Part shown: one piece after another, positions 50,642-59,500 of the stretch
How the letters are laid out: every line of letters begins with the position of its first letter
Numbering within the stretch: the stretch's first letter is position 1
Virus record (IMG/VR): IMGVR_UViG_3300034073_005389
Span: 62,001-126,000 of that record
Reading direction: 5' to 3' (one strand)
Length of the DNA stretch: 64,000 nucleotides
Notes under the pieces: generated by a model
What the model saw: only the letters and a program-made list of their open reading frames with translations
What the model was told of the DNA's origin: nothing
Database searches by the model: none
Position numbers and translations under genes: made by a program

Positions 50642-52192
50642 TTATTTAGGTGTGCTAGCGCCCGATTTTTTATTTTTTATTTCTTGATTATGTCTTAGAA
50701 CGTTAGCTTTAGATGCTTCAAAATCAGATTGAATACTTGTTATTGTAGCTGCTAAATTAGTGTTAATTTGTTTTGCCTCTTCTATAAGGTCATTAATTTC
50801 ACTTTCAGTAGATTCATCAGTTACTCTAGAAGTTATTTTTAATAATTCAGATTTTGCTTTTGCAATTTCAGAATTAATTTTTGCCATTTGCCCATTAAAA
50901 TATCCTCGCCTCATACTTTGTTTTGCAATAAAATCTTCACCCATAATATTAGGAGATTTATTAAAAGAATCAATCTCATCTTTTAATGCATTCATTCTTG
51001 AAATGTTAGACGTTAAAATATTATTTAATGCATTTTTCTTTTTAATAATTTTTCTTTTTTTAGATTCTTCTATTGCTGCAGGATTGCCTTGGACTGTGTA
51101 GCCATATAATTCTTTATCTGTAGCAACAGAAAAATCATTATTTTCAAGTTTCTCTAATCTTGCATCTTCTGCAGTTTCTTTTCTTTCCTCTTCAGCCTCT
51201 TCTCTTTCCCGTTTTTTTTCATTTCTTAAAGTTTTTCTTTCTTCTCTTTTTAATTGTCTTTCCTTTTGTCTTATTTCAGCCGCTCTATCTGCAGTTAATG
51301 GAACCTTTTTAATTGCAGTATCTGGGACTTCTCCCGTAAGCTCTACTGCCTTAATTGCATTTAATTTTTCTATTGCAGAACTAATAATTGCAACACAAGC
51401 GTCATATTCTGACTTATATTTATCCCAATCTTCAGAACTAAACCCTGAATACAATGACAAAAAACCCAGACTACTTGGTCGAGCCTCTTCTTTAGCATCC
51501 ATAACCTCCTCTTTAAGAGTATATAATGCTTCTACTGTCGGATTTGCCGAATCTACCCCCGAAACTGCTGTTTGAAGCCTTGTATGATCACTAGATCCGG
51601 TCAAGAGTGTTTTCCCTCTATCAGCTATAACGGTAGCTCTTGCTTTTGCATCTTTTGTAAATTTTATAGCCTCATTTTTTAAAGAAGCCACATACTCATT
51701 TAGATTCATCTTTATGATCTCTTCAGCAGCAAATATTCTCTTCACCGCTTGTATCGCCTCCGCCACCGATAACTTGCCAGTAGGCTCCTTGCTTAAAGTC
51801 CTCTTAATCGCTTCCTGACGCTCTGTTACCGTCATCACCTTGTGCTTGCCCTCCACATCCTTAAGCACATGACCACCTTCAGGATGAGCAAAATCAATTA
51901 AATCCTCTCCAGTCTCCTTAGATGTCTCATACAATGTCTGAGCCTTCTTATAATGTACATAATTCTTCTCAATGTCCTCTGCGTGCTTGTGCAATCCCTC
52001 TCTGCGTAATCCCGCACATAATTTAATTATGCTCTCCGATAAATTAACGCCAGGTGTTAAATCACGCCCCATCATTAAATGCTCCGCAGATTTAATAGTA
52101 GGTGATCCCTTAACTAATCCCTTGTCAATTGCGATCTTCTCCAAAGAACGAAGTACTGCTGAATCATCAAATTTGCCATGTTTAAAAGTCAT
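50642..52192 (-). CDS. Putative internal head protein, coiled-coil
   Basis: Start MTFKHG at 52192; LEKIA and FTKDA motifs; charged coiled coils. Confidence 0.45.
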   Translation of the reverse strand: MTFKHGKFDDSAVLRSLEKIAIDKGLVKGSPTIKSAEHLMMGRDLTPGVNLSESIIKLCAGLRREGLHKHAEDIEKNYVHYKKAQTLYETSKETGEDLIDFAHPEGGHVLKDVEGKHKVMTVTERQEAIKRTLSKEPTGKLSVAEAIQAVKRIFAAEEIIKMNLNEYVASLKNEAIKFTKDAKARATVIADRGKTLLTGSSDHTRLQTAVSGVDSANPTVEALYTLKEEVMDAKEEARPSSLGFLSLYSGFSSEDWDKYKSEYDACVAIISSAIEKLNAIKAVELTGEVPDTAIKKVPLTADRAAEIRQKERQLKREERKTLRNEKKREREEAEEERKETAEDARLEKLENNDFSVATDKELYGYTVQGNPAAIEESKKRKIIKKKNALNNILTSNISRMNALKDEIDSFNKSPNIMGEDFIAKQSMRRGYFNGQMAKINSEIAKAKSELLKITSRVTDESTESEINDLIEEAKQINTNLAATITSIQSDFEASKANVLRHNQEIKNKKSGASTPK

Positions 52193-52262
52193 TACACGCC
52201 TCAATAAGTTAAATTATTTCTATAATATACCAAATTATAGAAAGAGTCTATTAAATAAATGT

Positions 52263-53435
52263 TTATGCAGATAATTTATTTTTATATTCTTTTCTTATCC
52301 TACATATTACTTTTCTTCCTATCCCCATCACCCTGCTCAACTCCATAATAGATCTACTATCATTTACTATCATATCCATCTGCTCTTGCGTTAAACTCGC
52401 TTTGTTGTGCGGTATCCTGCCACAACCCTTACCCTTTCTATTCTCACTTATCTTTTTCCTAGTCTCATCCGTCACCAATACCGGCTTCTTCGGTAATACC
52501 TCTAATATCCCATTTCTAAGCAATCTAGATCCATGTACGGTACAATATCTAACATTATTAACAATCTTATATTTTGCTCTTCCAGCTACCATGCAACCAT
52601 CAGCATGACAATAAATTTCTTCTGTTGCATACCTAATTGCAGCCTTCTTTTCCCAAGTAGCCTTAATCCCAGCTGCCATTTTTTCCAATTGCTCTTTAGG
52701 TATTTTTTTTCCTTTATGAGATTCTGACATCTTCTTGCGAACCTCTTCCGTATAAATAGAATCTTTATTCAAAGAAGATCTCCATTTAGAATATCTTTCC
52801 TTCTGCTCATCAGTCCATTTGTGACCCTGCGCCGGATGACCCTTTGTCATAATTTGCTTTTTAGTCGCCTCAGATAACTTTCTTTTTAATTCTTGTCGCT
52901 GCTCGTCAGATAGTGATTTCCAACGATTGCTTAAATTTTTTTTCCAAGCTTCAGATTTAGGAGCGTTATATCCTCCCAATGTAGCATTGTATCCCTTACC
53001 ATTTTGGATATAACTATCATATTTAGTAACAAATTTTGTTTCTAATTCATTGGCAGCATCTGTATTATTGCAAGAATCTATAATATCAAATTTAAAATTA
53101 TTTGCCCCATGTTTTTTTATAGCTAAATGAAATGGTAAGTCAGAATTTTCAGAACTTTTTATATGAGCCTGCCACCTAGCAATAGGATTTACAGATTGAC
53201 CAATATAAATTTTGTTGTTTATTAAACATTTTGCACGATAAATATAAATTGTTCTATCTTCTTTATTAGTATTAGATCTTTTTTCTTCTCTAATTTTTTT
53301 TGCCACATCTTTAGGACTAATTAAAATTACATCCTCTATTGCAGCAACTTCTACTGCGTTAATTTCTAATGAATTAACCTCTGCGTTTTGATTTTCTAAA
53401 TTTTTATTATCAGTTGGTTGAATTTCTTGAGTCAT
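52263..53435 (-). CDS. GIY-YIG homing endonuclease with NUMOD3-like repeats
   Basis: IYIYRAKCLINNKIYIGQS...ARW..H...E...GYN; EEVRKKMSESHKGKK; GGAGG RBS before 53435. Confidence 0.85.
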   Translation of the reverse strand: MTQEIQPTDNKNLENQNAEVNSLEINAVEVAAIEDVILISPKDVAKKIREEKRSNTNKEDRTIYIYRAKCLINNKIYIGQSVNPIARWQAHIKSSENSDLPFHLAIKKHGANNFKFDIIDSCNNTDAANELETKFVTKYDSYIQNGKGYNATLGGYNAPKSEAWKKNLSNRWKSLSDEQRQELKRKLSEATKKQIMTKGHPAQGHKWTDEQKERYSKWRSSLNKDSIYTEEVRKKMSESHKGKKIPKEQLEKMAAGIKATWEKKAAIRYATEEIYCHADGCMVAGRAKYKIVNNVRYCTVHGSRLLRNGILEVLPKKPVLVTDETRKKISENRKGKGCGRIPHNKASLTQEQMDMIVNDSRSIMELSRVMGIGRKVICRIRKEYKNKLSA

Positions 53436-53475
53436 ATGTTCCTCCAACTTCATATATATCATCAAAATCAAAATT

Positions 53476-54165
53476 CTAAAGCCATAAAAATTCTAGAGAT
53501 ACATTGAGCGGAGAAGGTGGGGCGGTAACCATAGCTACAGCTGGGTGGATACTACTAGGTCTTCTAGTGGTTAAGAAGCCATATTCGCTGACGTACAAAT
53601 TAGCTCTAACGGGATATTGTTGATTTGTTTCGTACTGATCGGTTTGGGCGAACATTCTATTAAACCACACGGTCATTCTACCGGATCCTTGGGTACTATC
53701 ATCACCTGGGATATTGGCGACTTGGTAGGTATAGTTAACGATAGTACGGATGGCATTAGGTTTACCTGAGCCGGTGAGGTCGAAGTTAAGAGGAGTACCT
53801 GCGACGAAGGTAATTACGCCATTTACGGGGTTAAGGACAACGTTAACGGTGGAGGTAAAGCTATTGGCTATGATATTAGGTTTACGCAATTCTGCTTTAA
53901 TATCTATGGGTGTGACGAGATATCCATCTGGACCTGGGACACCGACAGCGGGAACAATAACGACTTCGTTCCAGGAGACGTTGGTGAAGGCACGAGTTTT
54001 GATATCATCGATAATACCTAAAGGTGCGGTACCATTGGAGACGGTTGCCATAACTTGATTACCGATGACGGTGAGTTCGGCTATCATGCCAGGTTGAAAT
54101 TCTGCCGAAGGGTCACAAATAAAGCTGGCTGGCAAGGCATTAGAGACTTGTACTAAGCGTAACAT
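53476..54165 (-). CDS. Putative capsid decoration protein, paralog of 44700..45383
   Basis: MLRLVQ start and STQGSGRMTVW motif; 1 DGY motif. Confidence 0.5.
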   Translation of the reverse strand: MLRLVQVSNALPASFICDPSAEFQPGMIAELTVIGNQVMATVSNGTAPLGIIDDIKTRAFTNVSWNEVVIVPAVGVPGPDGYLVTPIDIKAELRKPNIIANSFTSTVNVVLNPVNGVITFVAGTPLNFDLTGSGKPNAIRTIVNYTYQVANIPGDDSTQGSGRMTVWFNRMFAQTDQYETNQQYPVRANLYVSEYGFLTTRRPSSIHPAVAMVTAPPSPLNVSLEFLWL

Positions 54166-54212
54166 TCTAGCTCCAAAAAATAATAGACGACGTTCTTGTT
54201 ATATATAAATTT

Positions 54213-55040
54213 ATGCAGAAAACAAAAAGAAACCACCAAATTGATCAAGAAATAATTTCTTTGTACAATAGTGGTTTAACGACATATGAGGTTGGAGAAA
54301 AAGTAAAATGTTCTCAAACATGTGTTTTAAATTGTTTGAAAGAGAATAACATTTGTAGAAGATCTACTTCTTCATATAATACTAAGTATATAACCAACTT
54401 ATATTTTTTTAATAAAATAGATAATGAGGCGAAGGCATATTTTCTTGGATTATTATATGCAGATGGAAATAATTATGTGAGGAGGAAGCATAGTTATGAG
54501 GTATCTATTAAGTTAAAGGCAGAAGATAAATACATATTAGAAAAGTTAAGAGATTATTTATGTCCTGAGATGAGTTTAAAAGAAGTAGTAGATAAGAGAA
54601 CGGGCAATTTGCATTATTTATTAAAAATAAATAGCAAAGAATTATCTGAGCAATTATTTAAATTAGGGTGTATACCGAATAAAAGTTTGATATTAAAATT
54701 TCCTATGATTGAGGAGGATTTAATATCTCATTTTGTACGTGGATATTTTGATGGGGATGGGAGTTTATATAGTAGAAAGGCTAATAAGAGTGGGCATATA
54801 AATTATATTTGGCAGATTACATCTACTAGATTTTTTTGTGAATATTTAAAAAATTATTTATTGAATAAATATAAAATAAATGGGACTATGAAATTGGCGT
54901 GTAGGAAAAGTAATTTAATAACTACGACATTATCGGTGGGAGGCAATAAGCAGGTAGAAAAGTTATTAGTTTGGATGTATGGTGGGGCGAGTTTGTATTT
55001 AGATAGAAAATATAAAAAGCCTCTGTTAAGAGGCTTTTAA
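54213..55040 (+). CDS. Free-standing LAGLIDADG homing endonuclease
   Basis: HTH, YFLGLLYADGN and FVRGYFDGDGS. Confidence 0.85.
   Translation: MQKTKRNHQIDQEIISLYNSGLTTYEVGEKVKCSQTCVLNCLKENNICRRSTSSYNTKYITNLYFFNKIDNEAKAYFLGLLYADGNNYVRRKHSYEVSIKLKAEDKYILEKLRDYLCPEMSLKEVVDKRTGNLHYLLKINSKELSEQLFKLGCIPNKSLILKFPMIEEDLISHFVRGYFDGDGSLYSRKANKSGHINYIWQITSTRFFCEYLKNYLLNKYKINGTMKLACRKSNLITTTLSVGGNKQVEKLLVWMYGGASLYLDRKYKKPLLRGF
55014..55038. terminator. Bidirectional terminator
   Basis: AAAAGCCTCT-gtta-AGAGGCTTTT. Confidence 0.7.
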
Positions 55041-55067
55041 AGTAAAGTAAGTTAAGATAAGTTAAGA

Positions 55068-55445
55068 TCAAGGTTCTTCTTCGAAGACTTCTTGGAAGAC
55101 ATCTTCGACTAAAATATCATCTGCCATATTTATGTCTGGCATATTAAATACGGTTCCATGATTTTTTAAATTTTTAACCATTTTATCAGAAGTTAATTTT
55201 TTAGTATGACTATCTGATACTTTGGTGGGATTTTTAGGTTTACGGTGTTTGGTGGCAATTTTGTGTAAAATATGTAGTAATTGATCTGCATGAGCGGTGA
55301 AGCCACTGGTTTCTAGCACATCGATAGCAGAGTTAACATAATCTACAGCTTGAGTAATGTCAGATAAATCTTGATTACTGGCTTTTTTAACTAATTGTTG
55401 ATGCATGAGTTCAACAATTTCATTTTCTAATTTTGGTTTTAGCAT
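55068..55445 (-). CDS. Small putative prohead core/internal protein
   Basis: LVKKA and LHKIA; helical module AIDVLETSGFTAHADQL. Confidence 0.5.
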   Translation of the reverse strand: MLKPKLENEIVELMHQQLVKKASNQDLSDITQAVDYVNSAIDVLETSGFTAHADQLLHILHKIATKHRKPKNPTKVSDSHTKKLTSDKMVKNLKNHGTVFNMPDINMADDILVEDVFQEVFEEEP

Positions 55446-55465
55446 ATTACCTTTATTTTTAATAA

Positions 55466-55693
55466 TTAAAACTTTTTTAATTTAGAAGCAAAGCTAGTTA
55501 TTACTTGAGTAATTTCATTTGCTTCTTGGTTCATTCCGGCTTTGTCAAAAATATCGGCAGCTTTATGCAAATAATCAATTGTTCTGGCAAATTTATTAAA
55601 AGCATATTTATTTTCTAGTTGGTTATTAACTAGTTGTTTTTCCATTGTGCGATAAAGTTCGTTGGAAATATCTTTTTCATCATCGTAAAACAT
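55466..55693 (-). CDS. Small putative prohead core/internal protein
   Basis: FNKFA; AADIFDKAGMNQEANEI; paralogous to the 125-aa neighbour. Confidence 0.5.
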   Translation of the reverse strand: MFYDDEKDISNELYRTMEKQLVNNQLENKYAFNKFARTIDYLHKAADIFDKAGMNQEANEITQVITSFASKLKKF

Positions 55694-55732
55694 AAAACCT
55701 CAGTATTATGTAATAATAAACATAGAAAAAAC

Positions 55733-55770
55733 AAAAGTGCTATAAGAAATATTTCTTATAGCACTTTTTT
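55733..55770. terminator. 36-bp perfect palindrome / terminator
   Basis: AAAAGTGCTATAAGAAAT|ATTTCTTATAGCACTTTT. Confidence 0.7.
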
Positions 55771-55871
55771 TATACTACATCATTTTTTAAATTGAGCTTT
55801 AAAATCGACTGCAGTAATTTTATTGTCTCCGCCTACATTTCTTTCATGCATTTGTTTAAAATCTTTAGACG

Positions 55872-56534
55872 TTAGACTTTTTTTTTACCGTTTGAGCTAC
55901 CTGAGCCATTTGATTTGCCTTTCATAGCAGGCTTACCCTTCATGGCTGGTTTTTTCTTAGATTTTTCTTCTTCTTCTTTTTCTTCTTGTTTTTTAGCTTT
56001 TTTAGCTTCAACAATTAAGGATGCTAATTTTAAGCTAACGCTAGAGCTATTTTCCATTCCAACTGCATCTAAAGCTGCTGAAGCGGTTAATAAGCTGTCA
56101 ATGGCTACATCAAAAGCGGCGGTAGCTGATAAATCTTCTACCATATCTGTGTCTAATTCATCAAGATCAAGATCAAGATCAAGATCATCTGACATTCCAT
56201 AATCATCTGACATAGCATCATCGCTTGACATGCCGTCGTATGACATAAGATCATCATATACTAATCCAGTGTCTTGCATACCCATATCTTCAGTATGCAT
56301 CTTGTCTTTGGAATGCATCTTGTCTTTGGCATACATTTTATCACCACATTGACAGCTATCCATCATGGCTGAATCCATGACTTTATTGCAATCTGGGCAT
56401 TTTTGTTTGCCTTTAGCTTGATTCATATCTTGAGCATATTTATAGTGACCATTAAATAATGATTTGTGTTCTTTGCTGTTTAACACTGCATCCATTGTTG
56501 CAGCAACAAAATCTGATACGCTTTTATTATTCAT
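55872..56534 (-). CDS. Putative core protein with acidic Met/Asp tract and basic tail
   Basis: YKYA motif, CPDC...CQC, DKM repeats, (DL)n and a KPAMKG repeat. Confidence 0.55.
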   Translation of the reverse strand: MNNKSVSDFVAATMDAVLNSKEHKSLFNGHYKYAQDMNQAKGKQKCPDCNKVMDSAMMDSCQCGDKMYAKDKMHSKDKMHTEDMGMQDTGLVYDDLMSYDGMSSDDAMSDDYGMSDDLDLDLDLDELDTDMVEDLSATAAFDVAIDSLLTASAALDAVGMENSSSVSLKLASLIVEAKKAKKQEEKEEEEKSKKKPAMKGKPAMKGKSNGSGSSNGKKKV

Positions 56535-56553
56535 AATATCCCTCTATGTAAGA

Positions 56554-59500
56554 TCAGAACATTCTCTTTGAAGTCTTAGCGAATGCTGCAGACAATTGTG
56601 ACCAATCATCAGATTGTGCGGTGTTGACTTCACCTGAACCAATCATACCTACTTGTGGCATACGTCCAGCTTCTTTTTGTAGAGTTGGTGCATGTTTAGC
56701 TACTACTCTCTTTAATGACTGGAATGACTCATCATTAAACTTCATGATTTCGTCTACTTGAGCTGAGACAGCATAGCTATCATTGACGCAAAGACCACGA
56801 TCTACCATTTCATGAGCTAATTCATAGGCTCTAGCTAATTTAACACGATAACCATTTAATTCATCTTCTACTTGAGCTTTGACGTGTTCTTTTACTAATT
56901 CGCTAGCAAATTCTGAACCACCGTCTACTTGACCGTAGTATTGCTTGTAGTACTTAACTGCGGCAGGATCTAAGCCTTCTGCTACTAAAGCGGGGAAGTC
57001 AGCAGTATCAAGCTTGCCTTCGCTAACTAAACGAGCAATTGCTTCTGCTTCTTTGCGAACTTTAACTGGAGCAGTAGCAACGTCCATCATCTTACGGCTT
57101 CTTTGTTCGACTGTTTCTACTAGACCTAATTCATCGCTAGGCTTGACATCAAGTTTAGTTTGACCATTGGTAAGTCTGTGTGCTTGATCTAACATATCGC
57201 TAAATTCTGCTTTTGACATATCGTGTAATTCTCCATCATCCATCTTACCAAGGGCGTCTGCAGCAAGTTTGGCGCGAAGAGCAGAGCGACCACTCTTGGT
57301 GTCAAATGCAGTGGCTTTCTTAACTGCAACTGTTTTGCCAGGATTTGCACTCATTGCATCATTTACCTTTGATGCATCATCTACATAAACCATATCGCTA
57401 TCCATATCGTTAGTATCACCGTCATCATCGTATGACATGAGGTCATCGGCGCTGCTTTCATCTGACGTGAATAAATTTTCATTTAAGCCAGAACCCAATG
57501 GCATATTTAATAAGTCTGCAAGATCTGATTCGGAACCTTGAGCAGATTTCTTTAGAGCTGCTTTTCTACGTTGTGCTGTCTTTTTCAATGAAGCCTCCAT
57601 TTGTGCACGTTTGACAAGAGCCTTGGTGCCACGAGCATATTTAACAAAGGCTGTCATTAATTTTAAACCATCAGCGATAGCTGTTTTAGCTTCTGCAAAA
57701 GCATCTGAAGCTAATGTATTTACTAATTCTTTATTAGCTCTGTTTACGCTACCATTTTTGTGAATAGTAGATAGCATGCCTAATTCTTGATAGTGATCAT
57801 TTAATTCTGCAATTGATTCTTTCATAGCGCGAGTTAATGCGCCATTTAATTCTTTGCGAAGTGTGTTGAGAGTAGATACGCTAAAGCTAGATGCTGCTGT
57901 AGCTAATTCTCCACCAGCTTCTGCACCGGCTTCAGGAACTTCTGCGCCAGCTTCAGGGGCTTCTTTGCCTAATTCTTCAATGGCTCCCATTTCAGCTTTT
58001 TCACCAGTAAGGGCTCTTACTGCCTCTACTAGATCTGAGCTAAGGTCTCTTACCTTTTCAGATAGTCTAAGAGCTGTTTCTTTAGGATCACCTTTCATAC
58101 CCTCATCTTCTACATCCTCTTCGCCAGCAGCTGGTGCGGCAGGAGCAGCTGCGCCCATATCAGCAGGTGGTGCAGCAGGAGCAGCAGCAGCAGGAGGAGC
58201 GGCTGGGGCAGGAGGAGCAGGAAGAGCAGGAGGAGCAGCTTGAGCTTGTCTTACTAGTGTGCGAACTCCATCAGGACCATATGATTTTACTTTATCAAGT
58301 AATCTGGCTCCAAAGTCTTTTGTAGCAATAGAATCATACATCATATTAGTATTGCCACCAGATAATTCACGAACTGATGCTGTAAGTAATAGTTTATCTC
58401 CAAGAAGAACTTGCCAACCGCTGTTTTCAAAATTAGTAGTACCGTCTAAGTTAGCTGCTTTTACAAATCTTGCTTTTAGACCTGCGCGAGCTAACATCTG
58501 CTTGCGCTTTAGTTCATTTGCCTCATCAGAAGAAGCAGGTGAAGGGTGTAAACTATTTACATCACCAACGCCAGGAAATGGCTTCTGTCCTACCATTTGC
58601 TTGTCTTCTGAACGAGCATCCATATTTAATGAATCAACTGGATATTTAACTTTTCCAGGGGTGGGTTCATTTACACCACCGCCACCTTGATAATAAGCTC
58701 TTTTATCTTCTAATGCTTGTTTTGCCATGTTGACAATAGCAGTACGACGCATAGCGCGCTCTTCAGCTTCTGCACGAGCTAACATCTTTTTACGCTGTAA
58801 CTCATCAGACTCATCAGATGAAGCAGGTGATGGATGTAATCCTGTTACGTCGCCAACTCCAGGGAATGGTGATTGACCTACCATTTGCTTGTCACCATTC
58901 ATTCTCATATCCTCATTTAAAGGATCTTTTGTATACTTGGCTTGACCTGGGGTAGGCTCATTAACGCCACCGCCACCTTGAAAATAACCTCTTTTATCAA
59001 AATTTGATCCAGACATATGTTGTTCCTCTTGTATGTTTGATGTATTTGCTAACTTATTCAATTTGTTTTTCATTAATTGTAACTTCGTTTCAATAGCAGC
59101 GGTAACTTCACGAAGTTCATTAATAGAATTTAAATCTGTAATGTCTTCTAAATTATTAGAAGCATATCTTGCATTTTGCGGGATACCCGGAGGCATCATG
59201 TTGTTAGAATCTTGAGTATCTGTTTTTAATGCTCCATTATTAGCATTTTCTTTCATTTGTTTTACTTGAGATAAAATATTCTGTATTTCTTGCTCAAAAC
59301 CATCTAAAGTATTTGACTCACATGTGAAATTAGCTGTATCACCAGGCTGATCTCCTTGAGTGGAAATACTAGCATGGAATACATCGGCAAATTTATTTAA
59401 CTCATTAGATTTATTTTCTACATAAGTATTTAATGTGTTAGCTGCTGCAATAATATGCTTTATATGAGCTTTTGGATCTGCCCCATTAACTACAATTGAT

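Noticed and set aside
56158-56190. (TCAAGA)n hexamer microsatellite
   Set aside because: An in-frame coding repeat for DLDLDLD; no evidence of a separate function.
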